Assembly: GCA_965249725.1 (NCBI GenBank)
Contig: CBDFMQ010000002.1
Coordinates: forward strand, 2,368,001-2,432,000
Reading direction: 5' to 3'
DNA length: 64,000 nucleotides
Source of the DNA: Longimicrobiales bacterium
Lineage (GTDB): Bacteria; Gemmatimonadota; Gemmatimonadetes; Longimicrobiales; Gaopeijiaceae
Both the position numbers and the translations under genes were made by a program. Every line of letters starts with the position of its first letter. The first letter of the stretch is position 1. Below, in pieces: positions 51,009-61,604 of this stretch. Below the pieces are notes generated by a model. That model worked only from the letters and a program-made list of their open reading frames with translations. It did not search any database and was not told where the DNA came from.

Positions 51009-51878
51009 TCAGTTCGTGCGGTGTTTCTTGGAGACCTCATCGAGAAGCCTCCTCTCGTCATCGGTGAGTGAACTCATCCCCTCGGCAGAGATCTTGTCCA
51101 AGACCCTGTCGACGGCGTCCAACATCGCGTTCTCCCTCTCCCCAGCCGCGGCGTTGCGACCTCTACGACCGCCGTCGGCCTCCTCCTCTGCGTCGTCCCG
51201 GGGGACGATGGCGAATCGTCTGGCGCGGGCGGCCCGGCCCATCTTCTGAATCTGCTCCGCCGCCTTCCAGTCGGTCTTCAGGTACAGGAATCCCGAAATG
51301 AAGCCGCCCAGGTGGGCGAAGTGCGCCACACCACCGCCTGCTCCGCCGAACGCGCTCGTGAACGTGATCAAGAAGAAGAACGCCACCAGCCACTTGGCCT
51401 TCACGGGGAAGATGCCCCACACGTAGATCGGAGCCTCGGGCCACGCCATGGCGAACGCCAGCATGATACCGTAGACCGCGGCCGACGCGCCGATGATGGC
51501 GTAGGAGACGAAGAAGAAGCTGAGAGCGACCCCTCCGAGTCCGCAGATCATGTAGTACTTGATGAACTCCTTGGATCCCCACTTGGACTCGAGGGGAGGG
51601 CCGAAGAAGAACAGCACCAACAGGTTCACGAAGAGATGCATGAAGTCGCCGTGCAAGAACATGTAGGTCACGGCGCCCCAGGGACGGAACAGCACCTCGG
51701 AGGGCTGGAAGGAGAACCAACTAAAGACGAAGTCGCGCCCGACGATCCAGGTGAGCAGGAATACGACCGTATTGGCGATCAGCAGCTTCTTGACCCACGG
51801 AGTGAGCTGATAGCTGAGATTCATACCGCCGCCGGCCACGTACCCCGTGCTTCTCACAGGCACTTCTCCAACGTACAC
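51009..51878 (-). CDS. rhomboid family intramembrane serine protease
   Basis: YMFLH, HLFVN, GASAA, AHFAHLGG, C-terminal DRVLDKIS...SLT helix; start may be 51824. Confidence 0.93.
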   Translation of the reverse strand: MYVGEVPVRSTGYVAGGGMNLSYQLTPWVKKLLIANTVVFLLTWIVGRDFVFSWFSFQPSEVLFRPWGAVTYMFLHGDFMHLFVNLLVLFFFGPPLESKWGSKEFIKYYMICGLGGVALSFFFVSYAIIGASAAVYGIMLAFAMAWPEAPIYVWGIFPVKAKWLVAFFFLITFTSAFGGAGGGVAHFAHLGGFISGFLYLKTDWKAAEQIQKMGRAARARRFAIVPRDDAEEEADGGRRGRNAAAGERENAMLDAVDRVLDKISAEGMSSLTDDERRLLDEVSKKHRTN

Positions 51879-51998
51879 CGAAAAAAAAGGTCCCTCCCCT
51901 GCATCCTGACTTCAAACCCCGGGCCAGGCAAGCAGGTTCCGCGGTGGAGATGGCGCGGAGCTTGTGGTCGCACGCCGGCAGGGCGCATGTTGACCGCC

Positions 51999-53033
51999 AT
52001 GATCAAGCCGATAAACATCGCCCGAAACCGCTCCATCACCGCCGGATTGGCGGTCACCCTGGTCGTGTCCGCGGCTCCACCCCTCCGCGCACAAGCCCGC
52101 TTCGAAGTCCCCAATACCACTGGCCTGTCCTGGTACCTGGGAAACACCCACACACACACCCTGGAGAGCGACGGCGATTCGCCTCCCGAGTACGTGGTTC
52201 GGTGGTACCGGGACCACGGGTACAACTTTCTCGTCCTGTCCGACCACAACACGCTCACCGACCCGGCCCCGTTGGCGCACCTGACCAACTCGGACTTCAT
52301 CCTCATTCCCGGTGAAGAGGTGACGTCCAGTTACGAGGGCCTCTCCGTGCACGTGAACGGGCTGAACCTCCCGGGTCTGGTGGATCCCAGGACCGGCTCG
52401 ACGCTGGTCGCGACGATCCAGAACAACGTGGATGCGATTCGTGAGGTGGAGGGGGTGCCGCACATCAACCATCCCAACTTCGAGTGGGCGTTCGGGGCCG
52501 AGGAGCTGGCCCAGGTGGAGAACGACCGCCTGCTAGAGATCTACAACGGCCACCCGACGGTGCATAACGAGGGTGGTGGAGGGTATCCCTCGCTCGAAGA
52601 GATCTGGGACATTCTCCTCAGCGGTGGAAAGCGGATCTACGGAATCGCGGTAGACGACGCACACCACTTTCAGGGCGAGTTCGCCGCGGACCGCGCCAAT
52701 CCCGGTAGGGGTTGGATCTCCGTGCGTGCCCGCTCGCTCGACGCCGCCGAGATTATGCAGCAGTTGGAGGCGGGACAGTTCTATGCGAGCACCGGAGTGG
52801 AGCTGGCCGACATCGTGACGGAGCGGGATCGTCTCGAGATCCACATCGCCCCGCGCGGCAACTTCCGCTACAGCACGACGTTCATAGGATCGGGCGGACG
52901 CGTGTTGGCCGTGTCGTCGGACAACCCCGCCGTGTACATCCTGCAGGGACGCGAGAGCTACGTGCGCGCCAAGGTGACGGATTCGCGGGGGGACGCGGCG
53001 TGGGTGCAACCCGTCTTCGTGGCTGTCCCCTGA
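51999..53033 (+). CDS. secreted PHP-fold metallohydrolase (CehA/McbA-like)
   Basis: Signal peptide, GNTHTHT..SDG, SDHN, INHP, EIYN, DDAH. Confidence 0.85.
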   Translation: MIKPINIARNRSITAGLAVTLVVSAAPPLRAQARFEVPNTTGLSWYLGNTHTHTLESDGDSPPEYVVRWYRDHGYNFLVLSDHNTLTDPAPLAHLTNSDFILIPGEEVTSSYEGLSVHVNGLNLPGLVDPRTGSTLVATIQNNVDAIREVEGVPHINHPNFEWAFGAEELAQVENDRLLEIYNGHPTVHNEGGGGYPSLEEIWDILLSGGKRIYGIAVDDAHHFQGEFAADRANPGRGWISVRARSLDAAEIMQQLEAGQFYASTGVELADIVTERDRLEIHIAPRGNFRYSTTFIGSGGRVLAVSSDNPAVYILQGRESYVRAKVTDSRGDAAWVQPVFVAVP

Positions 53034-53047
53034 CGGGCTCTCGATCC

Positions 53048-54541
53048 GTGCCGCACCGTCCACTGAACGCCGTGCTGTACCATCCGGCGATCGCTGTATG
53101 CCTTCTCGCCCTACATGCGTGCGGACCTGAGGCACCTCCTTCCCCGCCGAACATTATCTACATGCTCGCCGACGATCTGGGCTACGGAGAGCTCGGCTCG
53201 TACGGCCAGACGAAGATCCGGACTCCGCACCTCGACGCGTTGGCCGCCGAGGGCATGCGGTTCACGCAGCACTACTCGGGCAGTCCGGTGTGCGCCCCGT
53301 CTCGCGGGACCCTCATGACGGGACTGCACACGGGCCACAGCCAGGTCCGCGACAACTTCGAGGTCGGCGGCTACCCCGACCCCGACGAGTTCGGGCAGAT
53401 GCCGTTGGATTCCGGCACCTACACGATCGGGAGCCTTCTGCAGGACGCGGGCTACGTGACCGGCGCCATCGGAAAGTGGGGCCTCGGCGGGCGTGAAACG
53501 CTCGGCCAGCCGCACTATCAGGGTTTCGACTACTTCTTCGGCTATCTCGATCAGCAGCTCGCCCACAACTACTACCCCACCCACCTGTGGCGTAACGGCG
53601 AGCGGGTCGAGCTCGACAACGAGTACTTCAGCCCGCACCAACGGTTGGAGGGGGACGACCCCACGGATCCGGCCGAGTACGACCAGTACCAGGGAGGCGA
53701 GTACTCGCTCGATGTGATGGCGGACGACGCGCTGCGCTTCCTGGATCAGCACCAGGACGAGCCCTTCTTTCTGTACCTGCCGTTCACCGTCCCACACTTG
53801 GCTCTGCAGGTGCCTGACTCCTCGCTCGTCGAGTACGAGGGGGTGTTCGAGGAGGAGCCGTACCTAGGGGACCGGGGCTACCTGCCGCACTACCGGCCGT
53901 TCTCCGCCTATGCGGCGATGATCACACGCATGGACGCCCACATCGGCCGTATTCTGGCTCGCCTCGAGGAGTTGGGCCTCGCCGAAAACACCCTGGTCAT
54001 GTTCACCAGCGACAACGGTGCGACCTATACGGGAGGAGTCGACGCGGAGTACTTCGACAGCTCGGCGGGACTAAGAGGGCTGAAGGGTTCTGTGTACGAA
54101 GGCGGCGTCCGGGTACCGATGATCGCGCGTTGGCCGGGGCGTATTGCGGAGGGCTCCCAGAGCGACCACGTCTCCGCGTTCTGGGACATGATGCCGACGT
54201 TCGCGGATCTGGTTAGAGCCCCGACTCCGGAAGGACTCGATGGGGTGTCGTTCCTTCCGTCCCTATTGGGCGAGGCCGGACAGGCCGAGCATCCACCGTT
54301 GTATTGGGAGTACCACGGCCTCTGGAACGGGGCGCAAGCGGTGAGGATCGGTCAATGGAAGGGCGTGCGCTTGGGCGGGCACGACGATGCGGATGCCCCG
54401 ATCGAACTCTATGACCTGAATGTCGATCCGACTGAAACGACGGATCTCGCGGCTGATCACCCCGACATTGTGGCGCAGGTGCGGGCGGTCATGGAGAGCC
54501 GCACGGAGTCGGATGTGGCTCGTTGGAACTTCGCCCGGTAG
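53048..54541 (+). CDS. arylsulfatase (formylglycine type), probable lipoprotein
   Basis: PNIIYMLADDLG, CAPSRGTLMTG, GKWGLG, FTSDNG, YEGGVRVP; start approximate. Confidence 0.93.
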   Translation: MPHRPLNAVLYHPAIAVCLLALHACGPEAPPSPPNIIYMLADDLGYGELGSYGQTKIRTPHLDALAAEGMRFTQHYSGSPVCAPSRGTLMTGLHTGHSQVRDNFEVGGYPDPDEFGQMPLDSGTYTIGSLLQDAGYVTGAIGKWGLGGRETLGQPHYQGFDYFFGYLDQQLAHNYYPTHLWRNGERVELDNEYFSPHQRLEGDDPTDPAEYDQYQGGEYSLDVMADDALRFLDQHQDEPFFLYLPFTVPHLALQVPDSSLVEYEGVFEEEPYLGDRGYLPHYRPFSAYAAMITRMDAHIGRILARLEELGLAENTLVMFTSDNGATYTGGVDAEYFDSSAGLRGLKGSVYEGGVRVPMIARWPGRIAEGSQSDHVSAFWDMMPTFADLVRAPTPEGLDGVSFLPSLLGEAGQAEHPPLYWEYHGLWNGAQAVRIGQWKGVRLGGHDDADAPIELYDLNVDPTETTDLAADHPDIVAQVRAVMESRTESDVARWNFAR

Positions 54542-54576
54542 CGGCGAGCCCGCCGAGCCAGCGGCTGCGGCCACCC

Positions 54577-55008
54577 CTATTCCGCCAACGGATTCCGCCA
54601 GCTCAGCCCCGAGAACCGCGCGAAGTCAGCGTCTGTCGAACGGATCTCCGCCTGATGCTCGATGGCCAACGCCGCGAGGTGCGCGTCGGTGGTGAGATTC
54701 CCAGCCGTGCCGAGCCGCCGGAGAAGGTCGAAGAGGATCGATGCGTGCCGTTCCCCGGGATGCAGCAACGACACCTGCGGCTGGGCGAGCCAGGCCTCGA
54801 CGTGGTCGCATACCGAAGACGGCGGCAGCGGATTCTCCAAGATCCGCGTGTGCGTCGCAATGCGGATGTAGCCCAGCACGACAGACCACGCCAAGCCGAC
54901 CGGTTCGGGCGCCCCGAGCGTCTCCTCCCACCACCGCCTCGCGCGCTCGTGAACCTGAGACTCCGCATTGTACGCGTGCACGATCACGTTGACGTCGGGA
55001 ACGATCAT
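54577..55008 (-). CDS. vapC: VapC PIN-domain toxin
   Basis: PDVNV, GNLTTDAHLAALAIEH, STDADF. Confidence 0.92.
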   Translation of the reverse strand: MIVPDVNVIVHAYNAESQVHERARRWWEETLGAPEPVGLAWSVVLGYIRIATHTRILENPLPPSSVCDHVEAWLAQPQVSLLHPGERHASILFDLLRRLGTAGNLTTDAHLAALAIEHQAEIRSTDADFARFSGLSWRNPLAE

Positions 55009-55265
55009 CCGCGCAGCATCTTCGCCGCCTCTTCCACCTCTAACTCGTCGGCGAGTTGGTTCAGCCGGTCCAGATCGGTACCCGGCTTGAAGCCGAAGGC
55101 GTGTGGCTCCACACAGAAGGGGGCCGGAGTGATCGGCTTGTCGGTCATCCCGAGTCCGACCCGGAGAGCCCGGTTGACGACGGCCTTCAGCCCGTCGTCC
55201 GAGCGCTTCATCTCCAACTCCAACCGGGCCGCCACATCGGGGTCGAGAGTGAGCGTGGTTCGCAT
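55005..55265 (-). CDS. vapB: VapB ribbon-helix-helix antitoxin
   Basis: MRTTLTLDPDVA, VVNRALR; overlaps the vapC start. Confidence 0.88.
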   Translation of the reverse strand: MRTTLTLDPDVAARLELEMKRSDDGLKAVVNRALRVGLGMTDKPITPAPFCVEPHAFGFKPGTDLDRLNQLADELEVEEAAKMLRG

Positions 55266-55270
55266 GTACG

Positions 55271-55300
55271 CATCATGATGTGCTCGACTAATGATGTCAA
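55271..55300 (-). promoter_or_regulatory. vapBC promoter/operator
   Basis: TTGACA-N17-CATGAT-N6-ATG; palindrome CATCATGATG over the -10. Confidence 0.75.
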
Positions 55301-55331
55301 GATGTCCGACTCCGGGCGCACTGTGCACGAT

Positions 55332-58052
55332 TCATCGAAGGTCCACCTCGAGGGTGGCACCCTCGTCTCTAGTCGGAGTCACACCGGTAAGGGTCCGGAG
55401 CCGGTCGGTGCCGGGCTCGCCGATCACCAGGGTGTACGTGCCGCCGGCTGTGAAGACCCTCGGGCGGAATCGCTCCCCCTGCGCCCGGACGGTATACAGA
55501 ATCTCACCGGTACCTTCCTCCACCACTTGCACGACCGGATCGACCATACCGGTCACGACCACCTCGGGCAGGTACGCCACCGCGTCACGATCGTACTGAT
55601 CGGACTGAGATACCGTGACGGGCCAGCCCGGGTACTGCTCCGCATTCGGTGCGGCGGGGTCCACCCACCTGGGCCAGGCCTCGACCGAGATGTCCCGGTC
55701 CTCCCGATCGAAGCGCATGATCCCGTAGCCCGGCACGCGCTGGTAGAGTTCATGCGGCTCGAAGTCGACCTGCGTGGGATTGGCCACGGCCAGCACGGTC
55801 ATCCAATTGCCGAACCCGTCCCTGAAGTCGCCGGTGTTCCTAGGCGAGTGCGGGAGCGGATTCCGGCCCGGCTCGGGGGGGAACCACCGACGCGGCCACA
55901 GGTTGGCGATCGACGGAACGGTGAAGACGTGCCCGGCGTCGTTCCACTCGTCCACCCCGTACCGGACGAAGTGTCCCAGATGTTGATCCCCCACCACGTG
56001 GAACGCGAAGCCCTTTCGCATGGCGCGCACCGCACGGTCACGCCCCGACCTCGGCCAGCCGTTCGAGTCCATGTCTTGAGCGATCTTCTCGCCTTCCAGG
56101 TACTCCCCGGGTTCGACGATGTACGATCCGGGAAGCACGGCGCCGCTCATGGCATCCTCAGGTAGGGTCGCCACGTCGACGAAGGGGGTCTGCGAGAGAA
56201 CGACCTTCATCCAGGCCCCGTCCGACCAGTCGTTGGCCCACTCCTCGAGGAAGCGCTCCTGCCCCTCTCCGAGCAGCGACACGCCGGGCAGATCCTCCTC
56301 CTCGGCCGAATCGTACCCCGGCCGCTGGGGCCATCCGTTCAGGACGTCCCCTCCAGGCACCATGACGGACGGCGGCGACTTCCACATGCGATCGGCGAGC
56401 ACGGCAAAGCTGATCCCACCGTATTCGAGGCGCGTGTGGTAGGTCGTGATGTCATGCGCGATGGGCTCGGGATCCACCGGATCGGGCAGATGCGCAACCT
56501 GGGTGCGGTGCATCGCGTTCACCCACTCCCCGGCCATGCGGTACCCACCACGGTCCTGCTCCGTGTAGTCACCCGGCTCCCGCACGCCACCGTTGCCCCA
56601 AATGTTGCCGTGGTAGGCGTCGTGGTCGTCGGGAATCGTAACCGTGGGCCGATCTCGTGTGATATCGCGAAACGCCCACACAAAGCGGAACCAGTGGCCG
56701 AGGTAGTCGATCGCCGCGATGTCGGCTGGATCCCTGACCACACCCTCCAGCCCGCTCTCGTAGATCTGGTCTCCCGCGAAGAAGACCATGTCCGGGTCGT
56801 GGTACGCCACTCCCTCGACCGTCTCGGCGTGCGGATACCAGAAGTGGCTCGAGTTCCACTGTCCGTCCCCGCCGGAGATGTGGTGACAGTTGAGGCCGGC
56901 CAGCACGAACTCTTCTTGATCGTCGGGGATGCGTCGGATCGTTCCCCCGAAGTAGTGGCGACCCGTCCCTCCACGGCCCGCCGTCAGATCGTACGCCACT
57001 CGGTACGGCACATCGTCGTCGCCCAGCCATGATTCGACCCGGAAGTGTGCGGTCGCGCTGAGCGGCTGGATGTCCGCCGTGGCCACCTCCGTCCACTGAC
57101 CGTCGCGGCGAACCTCCAGGTGAGCCAGAGGATCGTCACTTGCACCCAGAGGCCCGAGCTGCGCGGTCATCTTGAGCGTGCCACGGCTCAGCGTGTACAT
57201 CGCCCCCATCACCGGGCCGAACGCCCGGTCGTCGTGACGTTCGACCTTGGAGCCCTCTACCGTCCAATTGCGGAACCAGTAGCCCGGACCTTCCAGGAGC
57301 GGGCTCCGGTGCGAGACGAGGGCCACGTTGCCGGAAAGCTGCTCGGCGGGGATTCCCGAGTAGGTCGAACGGGCCAAGCGCCCTCCGTTCTCAGGATCGG
57401 TGAGCGTCACGATCAGCTGGTAACGCGCAACTCCCGATGGGGCTTCAGGATCGGGTGTGGCCTCGACCATGAGCAGCACGTCGGGGCCAGGCACGCCGGA
57501 CTGCTCGGCCTCGTCCGGCTCGACGAGCGGCCAGTGCTCGAGCGGAATGTTCGGGTTGGGCCCCGTGTAGCCCTCGTTGATCGAATTGTCCCGCACGATG
57601 ATGCGGCCCGTGCCGTCCACGGCGACGATCAGTCCGCCATCCGTCGAGGGCCAGTGATGGCTCAACACGCTGATTCGGAAGTCGACGTGCGCGCCGCCAA
57701 CACCCACCAGGAAGCCGGACCAGGTGTCCTCGTGCGCCGGGCCTGCCTCGATGGCTCCCGTCCGTACGGACAGTCGAACCATACCGGACTCCTCACCCAG
57801 GGCCCGGGTGAGCAGGTGGAGCGTCCGCATCGGCTTGGCCGCGCTACCCTCCACGCTCTCGATCCGTCCCTCCCGCACCCGCCAGTCTTGCAGACGGTTG
57901 GCATAGAAGTCGGGGCCGATCCAGATGCGGTCGGCGTCGGTAGGGACGCTTGCAATGAACCCGGTGTCCGGCGAGGTGCAGCCGCTCAGCATTGTCGCCG
58001 AGCAGGCAAGCACCCGGGCGATTGTGCCGAGATGGACCCGCACACTGCTCAT
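55332..58052 (-). CDS. large alkaline phosphatase D (PhoD)-family lipoprotein
   Basis: LSGC lipobox; GDQIYE, PDDHD, GDQH motifs; long N-terminal beta-rich extension. Confidence 0.82.
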   Translation of the reverse strand: MSSVRVHLGTIARVLACSATMLSGCTSPDTGFIASVPTDADRIWIGPDFYANRLQDWRVREGRIESVEGSAAKPMRTLHLLTRALGEESGMVRLSVRTGAIEAGPAHEDTWSGFLVGVGGAHVDFRISVLSHHWPSTDGGLIVAVDGTGRIIVRDNSINEGYTGPNPNIPLEHWPLVEPDEAEQSGVPGPDVLLMVEATPDPEAPSGVARYQLIVTLTDPENGGRLARSTYSGIPAEQLSGNVALVSHRSPLLEGPGYWFRNWTVEGSKVERHDDRAFGPVMGAMYTLSRGTLKMTAQLGPLGASDDPLAHLEVRRDGQWTEVATADIQPLSATAHFRVESWLGDDDVPYRVAYDLTAGRGGTGRHYFGGTIRRIPDDQEEFVLAGLNCHHISGGDGQWNSSHFWYPHAETVEGVAYHDPDMVFFAGDQIYESGLEGVVRDPADIAAIDYLGHWFRFVWAFRDITRDRPTVTIPDDHDAYHGNIWGNGGVREPGDYTEQDRGGYRMAGEWVNAMHRTQVAHLPDPVDPEPIAHDITTYHTRLEYGGISFAVLADRMWKSPPSVMVPGGDVLNGWPQRPGYDSAEEEDLPGVSLLGEGQERFLEEWANDWSDGAWMKVVLSQTPFVDVATLPEDAMSGAVLPGSYIVEPGEYLEGEKIAQDMDSNGWPRSGRDRAVRAMRKGFAFHVVGDQHLGHFVRYGVDEWNDAGHVFTVPSIANLWPRRWFPPEPGRNPLPHSPRNTGDFRDGFGNWMTVLAVANPTQVDFEPHELYQRVPGYGIMRFDREDRDISVEAWPRWVDPAAPNAEQYPGWPVTVSQSDQYDRDAVAYLPEVVVTGMVDPVVQVVEEGTGEILYTVRAQGERFRPRVFTAGGTYTLVIGEPGTDRLRTLTGVTPTRDEGATLEVDLR

Positions 58053-58251
58053 GATGCCTCCAGACTCAGACGCCTCCGGAACCGGTTCGGCTCCCAATAG
58101 AACGGTCGGTCCGCGGATCGGCCACGACGCGTCGCTCACTGCTTGCCCCTGCCAAGTCCCCACCTCAGTTTAGCGCACATCTTATGCGCATGCCGCCGAG
58201 CCGACCGACCTGAGTCGACCGATGAGTGCGTAATGCCCTCAAGGAGGACCC

Positions 58252-59005
58252 ATGCGAACCCGCACTCTCCCCTCGTTCGCCGTCCCGGTCGCCCTGGCTC
58301 TCGCCCTCGTCGGGACGATCACCTCACACGCCGCTGCCCAAGACTACGTTCAGTATGAAGTCGAAAGGCTGAAGCAGCTCCCGGGTTCCACGGTCGACCT
58401 CGGCCAGCGCATGGTCGAGCACAATCAACGCTTCCACTACGGAGGCCCCACACACGGCCGTGGCGTTCTACATGGTTACCGGCCCCTGGAGTGGCCAGTA
58501 CACCTGGGCGATGGGACCGACGACGATGGCCCAGTTGGATGATCGGCCCGCAGACCCGGCTCACGTATCGGATTGGTCCGACCTGGTCATGTCTGAAGCC
58601 GAGCTGCAGGCAACCGAGTTTTGGGTCCGCGTAGACGAACTATCCTATACGCCGGAGTCACTGGCCGAAGGCAGCCGCCCGCTCTCCCGGGTACGCCGAT
58701 TCAAGGTCGCGAACGACGAGCTCTTCCAGAAGGTACAGGGTCAGATCGTGGAGGCCTGGGCGGCAGCAGGCTTAGCGACGCCGCGGCTGATGTACCGCCG
58801 ACGTGGCGCACACGAGGATCTGGAGAATTGGGTCACCGTGGTCACGTACCGGAATTGGGCGGAGATAGACGAGCCCGTCCCTAACTTCGAAGAGGCGTTC
58901 AGAGCGCGTCACGGAGACGGGGCATGGGCCACGTTCGAGCAGGAGGCCGATGAGGCGGTCATCAGTCGCCAAGACGCCTACCGACAGTTGGTCACGGGCA
59001 ACTAG
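58252..59005 (+). pseudogene. secreted hypothetical protein, one frameshift
   Basis: ATG after AAGGAGG, signal peptide. Removing one C from C4 at 58446-58449 joins HNQRFHYGG to PHTAVAFYMVTGP. Confidence 0.7.
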
Positions 59006-59053
59006 AGCGAACATCCGACGATAGGGCCCGGTGGTGTCCGCCCCGCCGCCGGG

Positions 59054-59545
59054 TCAGTTCGTCTTGGTCGAGTCCGGTAGGAGCTGCCGGAGGCTGTCCT
59101 CCAGCTTCATGAACCAGGGATCGTTGACGCTGTCGCGCTCGAAGTAGAGGATCAGCTCCCGCTCGTCGATCAGCTCGTTGAGGAGGAGCTTCGCTTTCAC
59201 TCGCGCCTTCACACGGGCCCGCAATCCACTCGAGTCCATCTCGGCGAAGACGATGTCGAAGCCCATGATGTCGAGAGCCTCGGGCTTCACCGTGAACAAC
59301 CGCTGGATCAGGAAGGGGATGTCCACGCTGTCCCGGATGTCGGGCGCGTGATAGCTCGCCGCGCTCACGAAGTCCTTGAACTGGACGTCCTCCAAGAACT
59401 CGAGCGCGATGCGCCGTAGCGCGCCGCGATCCCCCCCGAGAGCAAGGCCGAGCGTCGAGAACGCGCCCCCCGAGACGTGCGCCACGGTCAGGTAGCCGCC
59501 CGTGAGGACGATGAGCACCGTCAGAGTCGTCAGGACCTTCTTCAT
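59054..59545 (-). CDS. membrane-anchored hypothetical protein (possibly NTF2-like)
   Basis: N-terminal TM; FLEDVQFKDF..AASYH; ends WFMKLEDSL; ATG overlaps the restored permease stop. Confidence 0.75.
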   Translation of the reverse strand: MKKVLTTLTVLIVLTGGYLTVAHVSGGAFSTLGLALGGDRGALRRIALEFLEDVQFKDFVSAASYHAPDIRDSVDIPFLIQRLFTVKPEALDIMGFDIVFAEMDSSGLRARVKARVKAKLLLNELIDERELILYFERDSVNDPWFMKLEDSLRQLLPDSTKTN

Positions 59546-60278
59546 GTCACGATCTCACGCCGGGGAATCAAGGCCACCGTGGCTGCGGCGACGAGCGCCA
59601 CGCCCATGGCCAGCAGGATCAACAGAAACAGAGCCACCATGTGCCAACGCGGCTCGAGGGCGGCGCTTCCTCGAAGACGCGGAAGGCCCAATGGACCGGC
59701 ATCGCCGTTTCCACCGTGGCGACGACGTCACTGTACAGATTATCGGGGATGGCCAGCTCGGAGAACAGTATTTGTGGAAGCAGCAGGAGCGGCACGGCGA
59801 ACACGGCTCGCTCCTGGGTCGTCGCGACCGCACTGACGAGCAGCCCCAGACCCGTACCGGCCAACGACGCGCCGAACAGCGCCAGCAGCTCGACGCCCAT
59901 GGGGCCCCTGAGTTGCAGATGCCATTCCACCGTCCCCTGCAACAGCACCACCTGCACCGCTCCGAGCGAGGCCAACACCCACACCTTGGAGGCGATGTAG
60001 GCGCGGGGGCGGACGCCGAAAAGGCGCTCCCGCTCGAGGATGGCGCGCTCCTTCACGATCTCCCTGCTGGCGTTGACGCACCCGAACCAGATGGCGGCCA
60101 AACAAAGCACGAAGTAGAGAGCCGGCGTATCGCTCTCGATCGACCCCCACACCACGGCGCAAAGCCATCCGATGAGCGGCGCCTGGGCGAGCAGCAGCAG
60201 GAGGCCGCCCTTGTCTCCAAAGAATCCGTCCCGGTATCGGGCTGCCAGGACGTGTGACTGCGAACGCGCCGTACTCAT
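59542..60278 (-). pseudogene. ABC-2 type permease, frameshift near the 3' end
   Basis: LLLAQAPLIG, WFGCVNASREIVKERAILERER, LLPQILFS. One base missing near 59664; adding it restores the last TM and a TGA overlapping the next ATG. Confidence 0.8.
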
Positions 60279-61096
60279 GTTGATCGCGGCGCCGGCGCCG
60301 GCCGGCGAAGGAACGAGCGCTGATCGGAATCGGCGCTCGCCGTCAGGTGCCATGCCGACGGCTGTTGCTTCTCGAGCTGCCGGAAGAGCTGTGCGTAGCG
60401 GTCGACCCGGAAGTACGAGAGTGCCTCGCGAGGAGGCCCGAAGAACGCGAGGTGCCCACCCACCAACACGCACAGGGCTTCGGCGAGCTCGATGCTCTCC
60501 ATGGCGTGCGTGGCTACCATGACGATGCGGCCGGTGTGCGCCACGTCGGACAGAAGCTGCATCGTCCGCGCCTTGAGTCCGGGGTCCAGGCCCGAGGTCG
60601 GCTCGTCCAGGATGAGCAGGGGCGGGCCGGTCAGAAGCTCGAGCGCCACGGATACCCTCTTCCGCTGTCCACCCGAGAGTCGTCGGATCCGGAAGTCGGA
60701 GCGATCGACGAGGTCCACCTGCTCGATCACCTCGGCGACCCGCGCGTCGCGCTCCCCTTCGCTCGATCCCGGCATGCGCAACTCGGCGGCGTAGGCCAGC
60801 TCTCGCCGTACCGTGAGTCCCCGATGAAGCGCGTCGTCCTGGGGCACATAGCCGACCGGTCCCAGCTCGGCGACCGGGACCGATCCCAAGGTCACGCGCC
60901 CATCCTCGGGCTCCCGAAGGCCGAGCAGCGCCCTGATGAGCGTGCTCTTCCCCGCCCCCGACGGACCGATGAGCGCGCATAACTCACCAGGGTGAAGCGT
61001 GAGGTCGATACCGTGGAGGATGCGGTGCCCGCCGATCGAGACGCCCACGTTGTCCACACGTAAGGGACCGGAGGAGAGGCTCGTCGTCAGCGTCAC
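60275..61096 (-). CDS. ABC transporter ATP-binding protein (ABCG-like)
   Basis: GPSGAGKST, YVPQDD, LSGGQRKRVS, LDEPTSGLD, ATH; start approximate. Confidence 0.92.
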   Translation of the reverse strand: MTLTTSLSSGPLRVDNVGVSIGGHRILHGIDLTLHPGELCALIGPSGAGKSTLIRALLGLREPEDGRVTLGSVPVAELGPVGYVPQDDALHRGLTVRRELAYAAELRMPGSSEGERDARVAEVIEQVDLVDRSDFRIRRLSGGQRKRVSVALELLTGPPLLILDEPTSGLDPGLKARTMQLLSDVAHTGRIVMVATHAMESIELAEALCVLVGGHLAFFGPPREALSYFRVDRYAQLFRQLEKQQPSAWHLTASADSDQRSFLRRPAPAPRST

Positions 61097-61327
61097 GTGG
61101 GGTGGTTCGCCTACGATCTGACCGGCGAGGTCGTCAACGCGATGTCCCCGTCGAAGGAAGCGGATTGGATCTCGATCCCACGATGGGCCAGGACGCAGCG
61201 CATTGGCAAGCGTACGATCGCCCGTGGCTCCGAACCCATCGACCTCGCATGTTGCGGACTGGGGCCCTGCCGACCCTCGTATGATGGGGATGAGACCTTC
61301 CCGCCTTGATCGAGGCGGCGCGTTGTC

Positions 61328-61370
61328 TTGACACGAGAAACGTGCTACACGATTTTCGTGTATGACACGA
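61328..61370 (+). promoter_or_regulatory. operator repeats at the second TA promoter
   Basis: TTGACA at 61328; ACACGA at 61331, 61347, 61365; palindrome TACACGA-TTT-TCGTGTA at 61346-61362. Confidence 0.7.
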
Positions 61371-61604
61371 AAGCTCAGGAATGTCACCGTAACGCTGGAC
61401 GAAGAGACCGCCCGATGGGCCCGAGTCCAAGCGGCTCAAAGGGATACTTCGGTGTCGAAGCTTCTCGGTGAAGTGCTCCGGAGGGAGATGCGCCAGGAGT
61501 CCCGGTACGAAGCTGCGAAACGGATCTACATGGCACAGGAGCCCGACGTCTACCGCAAAGAGGGCAGGCCACTGCCCACGCGGGCCGCGTTGCACGATCG
61601 GTGA
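61362..61604 (+). CDS. CopG/RHH-type antitoxin
   Basis: RNVTVTLDEETARWARVQAA..DTSVSKLL; overlaps the PIN gene. Confidence 0.85.
   Translation: MTRKLRNVTVTLDEETARWARVQAAQRDTSVSKLLGEVLRREMRQESRYEAAKRIYMAQEPDVYRKEGRPLPTRAALHDR

Noticed and set aside
61097..61309. 70-aa plus-strand ORF upstream of the second TA module
   Set aside because: No SD or motif, and it starts at the divergent ABC start; probably intergenic
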